Positions 26,556 to 36,347 of a stretch of 64,000 nt of DNA are shown here, piece by piece. The stretch is from the NCBI GenBank assembly GCA_963729625.1, contig CAVSOU010000004.1:16550-80549 (forward strand), in the 5' to 3' direction. Origin of the DNA: an uncultured bacterium (GTDB lineage Bacteria > Chloroflexota > UBA5177 > JANWHV01). The position numbers were made by a program, and so were the translations under genes. Positions within the stretch are counted from its first letter, which is position 1, and every line of letters begins with the position of its first letter. The notes under the pieces are model-generated. The model saw nothing but the letters and a program-made list of their open reading frames with translations. It did not search any database and was not told the DNA's origin.

Positions 26556-28526
26556 CTAGAGCCAGTACGACGTGAAGCCCTCGAGGGAGAACCTGTCCCA
26601 CATCAGGCACAGGCGTGCCACGGTGAAAGGATAGAGCGCACTCGCGAGCGCCGCCGGGCGACCGGCGTCTTCCCAGAGCTTGAGCACGTCGTCAGCGTTG
26701 TCCAGCTCATCGCGAGGTTTGCCGTCGAAGGACCATCCGAGCAGCTGCAACAGCGCGCGCTTGAGTGCGCCACTGCCTCCGACCAGGCGGGGCAAGACTT
26801 TCATATTCAGCGCGAGGTCGACCGGATCCACGTGCACTCCCGCTCGTGTCACAAACGCGTCGGCAATCTCGTGGGCGTGCACGACGTAAAGAGCGACCTC
26901 GTCGCGCGTGCGATACCCCACCTGCAGCTGTGCCTGTGTCAGGTATCTGTTGACCACGGTGAGCACATTGATGACCTCCTGGACCATCGAACGCTCCGCC
27001 TCGTTCAAGTCCTGGAGGTTGGCGAGCCTGATAGCCCGTGGTCGCCAAGCGCTGGCCGGCCACGGTGCAAGCTCATGCAATTCAGCTCCCGGTAGCTCTA
27101 AGGCACCCCACTGCGCAAGATCAATGTCCGAAAGCTCGAAAGTGAATGCACGATCGAGGACCTTCCGGCTGAATCCGTGCGTGCTCTCGTCCATATTGAC
27201 GGTGCCTACCAAGGCAAGGTTGGGCGGAAGGCCAATCGATGCATACTCCTTGGCCTGTGCCGCCAAAGTCTCCTCGAGCAGCGACGAACTGGCATAGCCG
27301 CCGGAGGGATGCGGTGATCGGTCCTCGATCTTGCTCAGCACCTCGGCAAAGTACTGCTCAACCCGCGCCAGGTTCATCTCATCAAGAATGCAGACGAAGT
27401 GGCAGTCCGGGTGCTGCGTGGCTTCCTTCGCGAACTCAAGCACCATACCAGGTCTGAAGCTGTTGTTGAGATCCGTGTAGCCCAACACATCGGCGCTGTC
27501 CGTCCAGTCCGGCCGAACCGGGACCAGCTTGTGCCGCCCACCTGTGGCCTCGGCCACCAGCTTTGGAAGCTTCGATTTACCGGTACCCGTGATGCCGGCC
27601 AGCAACACAAACGGCTTGGTGCGTAACGCAGTGACGTACGAAGCTATTTGCCACGGCTCGAAGACAAAGCCGCGATGGCGGATAGCGTCTATCAGCGTTC
27701 GAGTTGCCGAAAGGCGCTCAAATCCGGGCGCCGGCGGGATGCTGATATGGCTATTCGTCACGTCGGGGTCATTGGGCGCCGCAGCGTAGTCGGGAAGCCG
27801 ATCCCGGAATCGGTTGGCGATGGACTGCACGAATGGGAGGGCGACCGGAAACAGATACCCCTGCTTCACGCCACCCTGGCTATCGAAGGGGCCTGCATCA
27901 GCGCCGCGCCACTCGGTCGGGAGGTCCGTCAGCAGTATAGGTTGGTTGAGCTGATGATACGTGGTTCGGACCAGATTGCCCTCCTGCTCCCATGAGTCAC
28001 TCGGCAACGCCTCCGGCCGCGACGCGGGCTCCGGAGCACCGGCCGCAAGGCTCACCGCCTTGATGCTGCCATTTGCGTAGTGAAAGATCACATCACCAGG
28101 CTTGACCAGCGTGACGTTGAGGTGGTGCTGCACCGAGCGACCGGACTTCGTCCGGGCCGGTGCCCAGAGATACCCGCCCGTCATTTCCTGATGATATGTC
28201 GAGCCTTGGTTCACCCACCACCATCGGTGGGTTGTGCTTGCATCGGCCTCAGAATCGACACCGACGTCCGATCTCAAAGCCACAATCCTAAAGCCGCGCT
28301 GGGCAAGATAGCGATTTGCCTGCTCACCACCGGAGAAGTCAGCAGCGCCGGTAGCGGTACGAATGATCTGTTTAGGCGGGTAGAGCTTGCCATTGTACTC
28401 GATGGCATACTTCTGAGATTCCTTCTTCTCCCAGTCCGCCCACTCCGGGAGTCCCCGAAGCTCACTATCAAAGCGCGCAATTGCCTGAGTCAAGACCTCT
28501 CTCCCTACAGGAGGAATTGCTGCCAC
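26556..28526 (-). CDS. McrB-like AAA+ GTPase with N-terminal ScoMcrA-head-like and EVE-like domains
   Basis: YPPKQII..FSGGEQANRYL; WWVNQG..YLWAP..VKPGDVIFHY; LLAGITGTGKS; VRPDWTD; LDEMNLARVEQYF; GTVNMDE; KVLDRA. Confidence 0.9.
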   Translation of the reverse strand: MAAIPPVGREVLTQAIARFDSELRGLPEWADWEKKESQKYAIEYNGKLYPPKQIIRTATGAADFSGGEQANRYLAQRGFRIVALRSDVGVDSEADASTTHRWWWVNQGSTYHQEMTGGYLWAPARTKSGRSVQHHLNVTLVKPGDVIFHYANGSIKAVSLAAGAPEPASRPEALPSDSWEQEGNLVRTTYHQLNQPILLTDLPTEWRGADAGPFDSQGGVKQGYLFPVALPFVQSIANRFRDRLPDYAAAPNDPDVTNSHISIPPAPGFERLSATRTLIDAIRHRGFVFEPWQIASYVTALRTKPFVLLAGITGTGKSKLPKLVAEATGGRHKLVPVRPDWTDSADVLGYTDLNNSFRPGMVLEFAKEATQHPDCHFVCILDEMNLARVEQYFAEVLSKIEDRSPHPSGGYASSSLLEETLAAQAKEYASIGLPPNLALVGTVNMDESTHGFSRKVLDRAFTFELSDIDLAQWGALELPGAELHELAPWPASAWRPRAIRLANLQDLNEAERSMVQEVINVLTVVNRYLTQAQLQVGYRTRDEVALYVVHAHEIADAFVTRAGVHVDPVDLALNMKVLPRLVGGSGALKRALLQLLGWSFDGKPRDELDNADDVLKLWEDAGRPAALASALYPFTVARLCLMWDRFSLEGFTSYWL

Positions 28527-28705
28527 AGCATGCTTCCAATCTCTTGTGCGCTAAGGCATGCGTTCGAACCAGCAAACCTGTGTGTGGCCGACTCTCCGGA
28601 AGATCACCAGACGCGAGTATAGCACTGAATCGGCCCACAACCGTGCCTATCTGCTCGAAGATGGCGCGATTCCTATCACTCGGGACACGTGCGCGCCGTC
28701 AGGCA

Positions 28706-28840
28706 CTATTCCTTGGCCCTCACGCATTGGTGGAGCGCCTCGTTGTTGATGCCGAAGCTTCGCGCCACATGAGCTTTCTGCTCACCGGCGGCGATGGCCC
28801 GACGCAGGGCCTCAGCATCGCCGGCTGAGAGCGACTTCTT
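28706..28840 (-). pseudogene. Resolvase/invertase C-terminal HTH remnant
   Basis: Manual translation KKSLSAGDAEALRRAIAAGEQKAHVARSFGINNEALHQCVRAKE*, resembling Tn3-family TnpR C-termini. Confidence 0.75.
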
Positions 28841-29049
28841 TGCACACTGGCGGGACCGATCTCAAAGTGATCAGCGAAATGATGCGACACAGCACTGTGG
28901 GCATCACCGGCGACATCTACGTCCACCGTGACATCGCATTGCAGCGTAAGGCAGTTGAGCGGCTTGCCGCCTCACTGCGCCCACCACGGCAGAGGAAGGC
29001 ACGTGCTAAAAAACGTGCTAAAAACGGCGAGAACCCCCAGTCAAACTGA
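28840..29049 (+). pseudogene. Tyrosine integrase C-terminal remnant
   Basis: GTDLKVISEMMRHSTVGITGDIYVH (H...Y catalytic box II), next to a tRNA att core. Confidence 0.85.
29001..29024 (+). repeat. Tandem 12-bp repeat ACGTGCTAAAAA x2 (putative integrase arm site)
   Basis: Exact tandem copies at 29001 and 29013. Confidence 0.7.
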
Positions 29050-29061
29050 GGGCCCGCCAGA

Positions 29062-29107
29062 GGAGCGGGTGACCGGGCTCGAACCGGCGACATTCTGCTT
29101 GGGAAGC
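29062..29107 (-). mobile_element. att site: 3' half of tRNA-Gly(CCC)
   Basis: Minus strand gcttCCCaagcagaatgtcgccggttcgagcccggtcacccgctcc (anticodon loop, T arm, acceptor 3' strand); no matching 5' acceptor strand or D arm; hairpin at about 29034-29053 downstream. Confidence 0.88.
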
Positions 29108-29231
29108 GCGCTCTGCCGTTCAACGGCTAGCACTATTTCGAACAAAGTAGGAGTGACAAGCACGGACGACAGCGAGTTACTAGAACACATTTGGCCCGTC
29201 CAGCCCGCCCGGACCGCCAAGAGCAGGTGCG

Positions 29232-29252
29232 TGGCAGGCATTTGGCAGGCAT
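29232..29252 (+). repeat. TGGCAGGCAT x2 at 11-bp period (putative arm site of a second integrase)
   Basis: Copies at 29232 and 29243. Confidence 0.6.
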
Positions 29253-29442
29253 GATAAGCGCCAGGTCGGCTCCATGTATCACCGACCTGGTGCCCGGCCA
29301 ACGCCCCTCGGACTCGCAACATTGGCTCTGACCTTCTGAACCCCCTTGCGTTCGACCGCCCGGTCGGAGCTGCCATGCGTCTGCGATGCGCGTAATGTCT
29401 TGTTGCCTCTCTTCAGGACCGCGGCGATCGAAGCTGCGCACG

Positions 29443-29991
29443 TCACGATCCTGGCCTTGGCACCGCTTGAATACCCTCCTCGTCCAGCCACTGCAGGATG
29501 CGCCTGCGCAAGCACTCGCGTTTGAAGGCGAACCAGCGCTCGCCCTCGTCTTCGTGCTCGGCCAGCACGTCCCGGAACCGCCTGAAGGCACCTTTTCCGC
29601 GGAGGGCATCATTCAATCGGTCTTGGAGCCGTGGGTTCTTGAGCGTGGCGATGAAGTCCTCCATGTCGCTGTAGGCGTCGTCCGACTCATCGCGCGGCAC
29701 GCGGAAGTAGCGGGTCCCGTAGCCAATCTCCACACGGCACGCCACCTGGAGGGTGCTGGCCATCCATTCCGGCCAGCCATGCTCTTTGCAGACCTTCGGC
29801 CAGTCGAGCGCCTCGAAGTCCGTATCTTCCGGCAGTTCCTCAAAGAGCTTCTCCAGGTAAGAGCGTTCCTCGTCAGTTGTCGCCTCCACCTCACCGGTTT
29901 GTAGATCGAGGTAGTAACTGATCTCGTACCCATAGGTCTCGAACGCGATCTCAAGCTCGAGCAGATCAACAGGTAGCACGCGCTTCAGCAT
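29443..29991 (-). CDS. UPF0158 family protein
   Basis: YYLDLQTGEV, DAYSDMEDFI, ALRGKGAFRRFRDVL, ERWFAFK. Confidence 0.9.
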   Translation of the reverse strand: MLKRVLPVDLLELEIAFETYGYEISYYLDLQTGEVEATTDEERSYLEKLFEELPEDTDFEALDWPKVCKEHGWPEWMASTLQVACRVEIGYGTRYFRVPRDESDDAYSDMEDFIATLKNPRLQDRLNDALRGKGAFRRFRDVLAEHEDEGERWFAFKRECLRRRILQWLDEEGIQAVPRPGS

Positions 29992-30214
29992 CGGCGGATG
30001 TCCCTGGGTGCACCTCGTTAGGCTCTTGTACAGCTGACTGATCGGCAGCCCGGGCGGCCAGACTCAAGAACCATGGCCTCTAGAGTACGACGCTTCATCT
30101 GCTTTAATCATACGCCCAGCCCCCACGGACCGGTCGAGAAACGCATCGATAGACAGGTGCGCGCAGGCGCAGGCCGGGCGTTGATGGTAGCCCAGCGCTG
30201 CGAGTAACCGTCGA

Positions 30215-30247
30215 TTCGACACTTGCGCGATGGGCGCAAGTGTCGAA
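30215..30247. repeat. Perfect 14-bp inverted repeat
   Basis: TTCGACACTTGCGC-gatgg-GCGCAAGTGTCGAA. Confidence 0.85.
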
Positions 30248-30519
30248 CGCTCATTAGCTTCCTGGGTGAGCTGCGCGATCGTCGCTTCCTTCACCCCGTG
30301 CTACATGAAGACGGCTCGTCCGGCTGCAAGCAGCCCCTGCGGGATCTCTTGCTGTCGCCGTGCCCGCCGCGCGGGCAATAGAGTCGGCACATATTCCGCG
30401 CGAGAGAGTAGGCGGGCCGCGGGCCGGCGCGATCACGTGCATGATTGGAGTGGCGGGCCGCACGGAGGACCCGCGGGCGGACCGGATGGCGCGATCAGCT
30501 ATGGAAGCGGAGATGCACG

Positions 30520-31374
30520 ATGGCGAACGATAGGCAGACCAGCCCACAGCCCGGCAACTCTCAGGGCGCACGCGCCACCGGCTCGGGAGCGGTGCCGGGG
30601 ACACGATTGCCGGTCGTCGAGGCCGATGTCGAGATTCAGACGCCCGACGGCCTGTGCGACGCCGCCTTCCTCTACCCCACGACCGGCACGCACCCCGGCG
30701 TCCTGGTCTGGGCGGATGCATTCGGCCTCCGTCCGGCCCTGCGCGACCTGGGCACACGGCTTGCCGCGGAAGGCTACGCCGTGCTGGTGCCGAATCCGTT
30801 CTATCGGTCGGCGAAGCCGCCCGTGCTGGAGGGTCCGTTCAGCTTTCAGAATCCTGCCGATCGCGCGAAGCTGCAACAGCTTGTCCCGCCGCTGCACGCG
30901 CCCGGTGCTGTGGCGCGGGATGCCGTCGCCTACGTCGCCTTCCTGGATGCTCAACCGCAAGTTGACAAGGCGAGGCCGGTGGGCACCCAGGGGTACTGCA
31001 TGGGCGGCGCGTTGGCGCTCAGGACCGCGGCGGCAGTGCCGGGGCGGGTGGGGGCCGGTGCGTCATTCCACGGTGGTGGCCTGGTGACTGATGCGCCTGA
31101 CAGTCCCCATCTGCTTGCCGCCGGCATCAAAGCGCGCCTGTACGTTGCCGTCGCCTCCAACGACGACGCGCGGCAGCCCGAGGCGAAAGATACGCTGCGC
31201 GAGGCATTCGCGGCCGCGAGCGTGCCTGCTGAGGTCGAGGTGTATGCGGGAACGCTCCATGGCTGGTGCATCCCGGATATGCCGGTCGAAAACGGCGTGC
31301 AGATCTACGACGAGCCGGCTGCCGAGCGGGCCTGGGGCAAGCTCCTGGCGCTGTACCGGCAGGCGCTCGCCTGA
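30520..31374 (+). CDS. Dienelactone hydrolase family protein
   Basis: DAFGLRP, VLVPNPFYR, GYCMGG, SFHGG, HGWC. Confidence 0.92.
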   Translation: MANDRQTSPQPGNSQGARATGSGAVPGTRLPVVEADVEIQTPDGLCDAAFLYPTTGTHPGVLVWADAFGLRPALRDLGTRLAAEGYAVLVPNPFYRSAKPPVLEGPFSFQNPADRAKLQQLVPPLHAPGAVARDAVAYVAFLDAQPQVDKARPVGTQGYCMGGALALRTAAAVPGRVGAGASFHGGGLVTDAPDSPHLLAAGIKARLYVAVASNDDARQPEAKDTLREAFAAASVPAEVEVYAGTLHGWCIPDMPVENGVQIYDEPAAERAWGKLLALYRQALA

Positions 31375-31648
31375 GCCGTCTTTCCGCATAAGGACGTTCA
31401 TCTCAGGCAAGTCCACGATGGCCTAGCTGCATCAGGAGCGCCATCACGGCGGATAAAGCTCGTCTGCGCCGCGCCGCCGCCGATGAGTCCGTCGGCGGGC
31501 CAACGGCCACGTAGCAGCTGTTCATCGGCCTGCTGGCGGACTTGACGGCGAGGAGGCGTCCGTCGCGCAGGTGGTGAGATGCGGCGATCAAGGGAAGCTC
31601 CGGCTGGACCAGTATGGCCTGAATTGAGGTCGGAGCTAACAACTGACC

Positions 31649-32446
31649 TCAGTCGCTGATGGCGATTGACGCTACCGTGCTGTCGAGCAGGGCAAATCCC
31701 GGCGTGCTGGCCTGCGCGGCGGCGGGCGTATCCAGACGCGCCGCCAGGGTGGCGATGTACCGCGCGTAGCCCTTCGCGAACGCGTTGTAGTCGAAGTTGC
31801 CGGGGATGCTGCCGGGCAACAGGCTGAGGTGCACGGGGAAGATGGCCGCCACATAGTACTGCGCGTCCGCCGTCAGCCCTTGGCAGGTGTAGATGAGGCG
31901 ATTCGCGGTCACGGGGGAGACATCCGAGGCGTAGTACGCCAGGTAGCACAGGGCCTGTCCGCCCTTGAACGAGAGGTACGTCCCCTCCGCGTGGAAGATC
32001 TGCCCCGCCGGCTGCGGGGGCAGCAGCGGCAGCACCGTGACCTTCTTGAGGTTGGGATGCGCGTGGAGGATGGCGAGCAGGCGACGCTCGACCTGCTCCC
32101 ACTGGTACTCGCCGAACGAGGCGGTGCTGTACACGGCGATCGTGGGCACGGCGACGGTGCCCGTGGGCAGCACATGGGGATAGTAGTGCGAGAAGCGGAA
32201 CTCCAGGTGTGCCGGCGCCATGCCTGCCGGCATAATGTTGGGCTGGTAGGGCACCTTGGCAACGTCGACCGCTCGCACTTGCGTGCCTGCCAGCGCATTC
32301 ACGAGGCTGACGTTCCCATGGCTGACCCGCGCGGGCGCCGACGAGACCAACGCGTGTGGCCGCGCAGCGGGCAGCCCATATGGACCCAGAGTGGACAAGA
32401 ACGCGACGCCAGATGCCACCACAGCGGTCAGCACTGAACGCTTCAT
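31649..32446 (-). CDS. Secreted hypothetical protein
   Basis: Signal peptide MKRSVLTAVVASGVAFL; LPLLPPQPAGQIFHA, LIYTCQGLTADAQYYVAA; GGGGGG RBS. Confidence 0.75.
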   Translation of the reverse strand: MKRSVLTAVVASGVAFLSTLGPYGLPAARPHALVSSAPARVSHGNVSLVNALAGTQVRAVDVAKVPYQPNIMPAGMAPAHLEFRFSHYYPHVLPTGTVAVPTIAVYSTASFGEYQWEQVERRLLAILHAHPNLKKVTVLPLLPPQPAGQIFHAEGTYLSFKGGQALCYLAYYASDVSPVTANRLIYTCQGLTADAQYYVAAIFPVHLSLLPGSIPGNFDYNAFAKGYARYIATLAARLDTPAAAQASTPGFALLDSTVASIAISD

Positions 32447-32681
32447 TGCACCCCCCTTCCCCCGCGCTACTCGACGATGTCGCTTGTGCGAGTATACATC
32501 AGCGCCTCGCCCGCCGAGCGGCCGTGCTCTCCGGCTGGATCTGGCGCTGGCTGCGCTGGCGATACGCTGGTCGCCGGTTCGGGCTCGGCCGCGGATAGCC
32601 GACGCGAAGCAGGGCAGCGACCCGCCATGGTGAGGGGCCATGACCGGCTCCGGTCTCCGTGCAGCCCGTGCCCGTGTCGGC

Positions 32682-33100
32682 TCACTCCGTTGGCGCGAGA
32701 GGGTACGGGTGCACCGCCGCCGAGAGCACCTCCTCCGCCCGCCGGTCCGCCTCCTGCACCATCCCTGCCGGCACCCGGGCCAGCAGCAGCAAGACCACCA
32801 GCGACGCCTGGATGGCGGCGACGCTGCCGGGATCGCCGTGCGCCCGCAACTGCGCGCGCACCCCGCACAGCGCGGCCCGCCGCTCGATCCGCGTCAGCGG
32901 GTCGGCGCCCAAGGCGTCAAGCAGTCGGCGGAACGCCGGGTTGCCATCGGTCCACCGTTCCCACATCGGCAGCAAGTGCTCCTGGCAGCGCAGAACCGTG
33001 ACAGGCTCACCGGGACGGTCCTCGCCGTGCGCCGTCGTCGGGTAGAGTGGCTCACCCCACACTGGCGTATCGCCTCCCACCCTGAGCCTACCACGCTCTT
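32682..33100 (-). CDS. Hypothetical protein (start uncertain); paralogous segment at 60682-60919
   Basis: Duplicated segment retains the reading frame (HGDPGSVAAIQASL..VPAGMVQEADRRAEEVL). Confidence 0.55.
32710..32947 (+). repeat. About 238-bp diverged direct repeat, copy 1 (copy 2 at 60682-60919)
   Basis: tgcaccgccgccgagagcacc...ggaacgccgggttgccat; offset 27972; scattered substitutions. Confidence 0.9.
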
Positions 33101-33233
33101 CACATCGGCGCAGCCCGCACCCGAATACCGACTCGGGCGCAGGCCTTGCATCCGTGCCCAAGCGCGCGCAGCATGCCCGTCATCGGCCTCCGGCTGACGA
33201 CCACCACGGCGAAGCAAAGCGCCGCTAGAACCG

Positions 33234-34118
33234 CTAGGTGAATTGCGGGACGACCTCGCGCGCAAACCGCGTCTGGGGCTCCTGGTCGTAGGCATTGCGC
33301 GGAATGGTCACGATGAAATAGTCCGCACCAGCGTCCACGTACTGCTCAAGCCGCTCCCGCACACGGTCGGGAGTGCCAACGATGGTTTGCCGCGCGTACT
33401 CCTCGTAGGCCTGGCTGCCCCGGACGCGCGCAGTTTCCTGCTCGGCGGTGGCCATGTTCTCCACCAGGTGCACCGTCACCCCAGTCGATTTAATGATCGT
33501 GTCGTAGTCGCGACCGAGGGTCTCGCAATGTTGCTTGAGAACCGCCAGCTTATGGCGCACAGTTTCCGGGTCGGGGCCGACGTTACAGGCATCACCCCAG
33601 CGGGCGACGAGCTTGAGCGTGACTTTTTCCCCACCGCCTCCGATCCACAAAGGCAGGTGCGGCTTCTGTACCCCTCTCGGCTCGTTGATGGGGCGGTCGA
33701 TGGCATAGTACCGGCCCTGAAATACTGGGTAGGCTTCCGTCCACATGCGGTGAATGATCTCGCACGCTTCGGCCAGTCGGGCCAGGCGCTCGCGCGTCTC
33801 GGGAAAGCCATAGCCGTAGGCACGCCACTCGTGCTCGTACCACCCGGCGCCGATGCCGGCATAGAGTCGGCCATGGCTGGCCACATCGACGGTTGAGGCC
33901 AGCTTGGCGTAGAGAGCTGGACTGCGGTAGCCGTTGCAGGTGACCATCTGGCCGATCTTCACGCGGCTGGTATCACGCGATAGGGTCGCGGTGATCGTCC
34001 AGCACTCGAACGTCGTCTCAATCTCGGGTGCGGGTACGGTATGGAAATGGTCGAACACCCAGATGGAGTCCCAGCCAGCTTCGCGGTCAGCAGCTTGAGC
34101 GACGCGGGTCAGCGCTTG
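33234..34118 (-). pseudogene. LLM-class F420-dependent oxidoreductase, 5' end apparently missing
   Basis: DSIWVFDHFH, GQMVTCNGYR, GIGAGWYEHE, WIGGGGEKVTL; no plausible start or N-terminal strand before ALTRVAQ. Confidence 0.75.
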
Positions 34119-34416
34119 ACAACGCCCTGGCAGTGTCTCGCCGTGCGCACTCGTACTACAGCCCAACGCTGCGACGAATATGTATGCACCTGACGCGACC
34201 AGCAAACATGGCAGAAACACTGCTCTTCGAGGCGACTGATCAGGAACTCCAGCGAGCCCGATACGGGCGCAGGTGTTGCAATGCGCGTGAGTGAGGCTCG
34301 TTCGACAAGTCGGACACGCTTCGGCGGGCCGCAAGCACTGAGCAGCGGGGCTGATAGCCGCGCGGTACCATTGAGGCAGCCCGGCCGGGAACGAGCATCG
34401 GGCCGGGGATTCCATC

Positions 34417-35499
34417 GTGGGGACACCGCCCGTGAGAACGCACGCGCAGGACCGAGCGCCAGACGAGCCGCCGCCCGGGCTGCGGCAGGCCCTGTTAACG
34501 GAGCCGGCAGGCCTGGATGGCGGGGTTCGTTGCCGGCAGTGCCAGCGGCTATGCTCCCTGCCACCTGGCAAGATTGGCTACTGCCGCACCAAGGTCAACC
34601 TCGACGGCACAGTCTACGACGGCATCTACGGCGTTGTCGCGGCAGCCGCCGCCGATCCCATCGAGAAAAAGCCGGTCTACCACTACCGGCCCGGGACGCG
34701 CGTCTTCTCGGTCGGCTCGCCGGGCTGCAACTTCCGCTGCCGGTTCTGCCAGAACTGGGAGCTGGCCTACGCCGATCCGTGCCAGCAAGGCAGGTGGCCT
34801 GCGCCCAATTTGGCCCCGGCAGCGTTAGTTGAAGCTGCGTTAGCGCAGAGCTGCCAAGGGGTGGCGTGGACGTACAGTGAGCCGTCGATCTGGCTTACCT
34901 ACACGCTGGAGTGTGCGCAACTGGCCAAGGCGGCCGGGCTGTACACGGTGTACGTGACCAACGGCTACGCGACGCGGGAGCACCTGGACCTCATCGCACC
35001 CTACCTGGACGTGTACCGGGTCGACATCAAGAGCACGGGCGACCGATTCTACCAGGCCCTGGCGCACACGCGTCCGAAGGACCTGCTGGCGGTGACGGCG
35101 CGGGCTCGGGCCCGGTGGGGGCTGCACGTCGAGTGCGTAACCAACGTAGTGCCAGGTTGGAACGACAGCGACGTCGAGCTGCGGCAGACGGCGGCGTGGA
35201 TCGCGGCGAACCTGGGTGGGCTGACGCCCTGGCACCTGACGCGGTTCTTCCCGGCGGCGCAGATGCTCGAGACGCCAGCGACGCCGGTGGCGACGCTGCT
35301 GCGCGGTCGCTGCCTGGGACAGGCGGAGGGCTTGCGGTACGTCTACCTCGGCAACGTGGCGGACATCGCCGGCGACACGAAATGTCCTGGCTGCGGGCTG
35401 GTGCTCATCCGGCGGGCGGGGTACCGGGTGCAAGTCATCGGTACGATCAGGGGCGGTCGGTGCGGCCGCTGTGGCGCGAGTGTCAACATCACACTGTAA
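34417..35499 (+). CDS. amrS: AmmeMemoRadiSam system radical SAM enzyme
   Basis: CRQCQRLC..GYC, DPIEKKPVYHYRPG, GCNFRCRFCQNWE, VTNGY, PWHLTRFFP, YVYLGNV. Confidence 0.92.
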   Translation: MGTPPVRTHAQDRAPDEPPPGLRQALLTEPAGLDGGVRCRQCQRLCSLPPGKIGYCRTKVNLDGTVYDGIYGVVAAAAADPIEKKPVYHYRPGTRVFSVGSPGCNFRCRFCQNWELAYADPCQQGRWPAPNLAPAALVEAALAQSCQGVAWTYSEPSIWLTYTLECAQLAKAAGLYTVYVTNGYATREHLDLIAPYLDVYRVDIKSTGDRFYQALAHTRPKDLLAVTARARARWGLHVECVTNVVPGWNDSDVELRQTAAWIAANLGGLTPWHLTRFFPAAQMLETPATPVATLLRGRCLGQAEGLRYVYLGNVADIAGDTKCPGCGLVLIRRAGYRVQVIGTIRGGRCGRCGASVNITL

Positions 35500-35693
35500 G
35501 CAGTAGCAGCGTTGCCCTGATCGACTGTCCGGCAGGATCTGGCGCCTCGCCTATCCGGCAGCGAAGGGCTCGAGCCGACGTCGACGGGCGCCGCTGCGGG
35601 AGTTGACGTCGCCTGCTGAGCGCGGCATACTGGGCGCGGCGCATGGCGCGCGGCGGCGCCCGTTCGCGAGGCGTGAGGAGGGAACACGGCGGC

Positions 35694-36347
35694 ATGTTGG
35701 TCGGCGCGGCATTCCTGCCCCATCCAGCGATTCTCTTGCCGGCGTTCGCCGCCCAACGTGGGGATGCGGTAGACGAGACCATAGTAGCGGTGCGCCGGGC
35801 GTGCCGGTGGATGGCGGATGACTTGCGCCCGGCGCGCCTCATTATCGCCTCGCCCCACCGCGGTCACGGCTTTGACGTGCCCATGTACTTCCTCCGCGAG
35901 TCGCTCGGCCGGCTGCCTGCGGTTGAGCAGATCCTGACGGTGTGGGAGGAGCCCTTGGCCGCGTACGGTGCGCTGGGGGAGGCCATCGCGGCACGCGAAC
36001 GTGCGAATGAGACGCGGGTGGCCGTCGTGGCATCCGGTGACTGCTCGCACGTCCTCTTGGCCAGTGGACCCTACGGCTACCATCCCGCAGGGCCCCTGCT
36101 CGATGCGGCAATCGTGAAGGCCGTCCGCTCCGGCGACCCGGCGAATCTGCTCGGCATCGATGAGGCGATCGTGGAGGCTGGCAAGGCGTGCGGCCTGCGA
36201 TCCTTCCTCCTCGCACTGGCGGCGGTGCGTCCGTCGTGGTGCGAGGTGCTTTCCTACCAGGCCCCCTATGGGGTTGGCTACCTTGTCGCGACAGCTGACT
36301 CGACGGCTGCGGTGGGCGCGCTGGAGCATGCGGTGGGGAAGGGGTGA
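35694..36347 (+). CDS. Compact MEMO1/LigB-like (AmrB-type) protein
   Basis: AAFLPHPAIL, SPH, VASGDCSH, GPYGYHP, CGLRS, SYQAPYGVGY; GAGGAGG RBS. Confidence 0.8.
   Translation: MLVGAAFLPHPAILLPAFAAQRGDAVDETIVAVRRACRWMADDLRPARLIIASPHRGHGFDVPMYFLRESLGRLPAVEQILTVWEEPLAAYGALGEAIAARERANETRVAVVASGDCSHVLLASGPYGYHPAGPLLDAAIVKAVRSGDPANLLGIDEAIVEAGKACGLRSFLLALAAVRPSWCEVLSYQAPYGVGYLVATADSTAAVGALEHAVGKG

Noticed and set aside
29062-29140. Complete tRNA-Gly gene
   Set aside because: The 5' acceptor strand (GCGGGTG), D arm and 5' anticodon stem are absent; only the 3' half matches.
32530-33130. Weak inverted similarity (PEPATSVSPAQPAPD vs PEPTTLFTSAQPAPE) flanking the 32682 ORF
   Set aside because: Short, GC-rich and low DNA identity; cannot be distinguished from chance.
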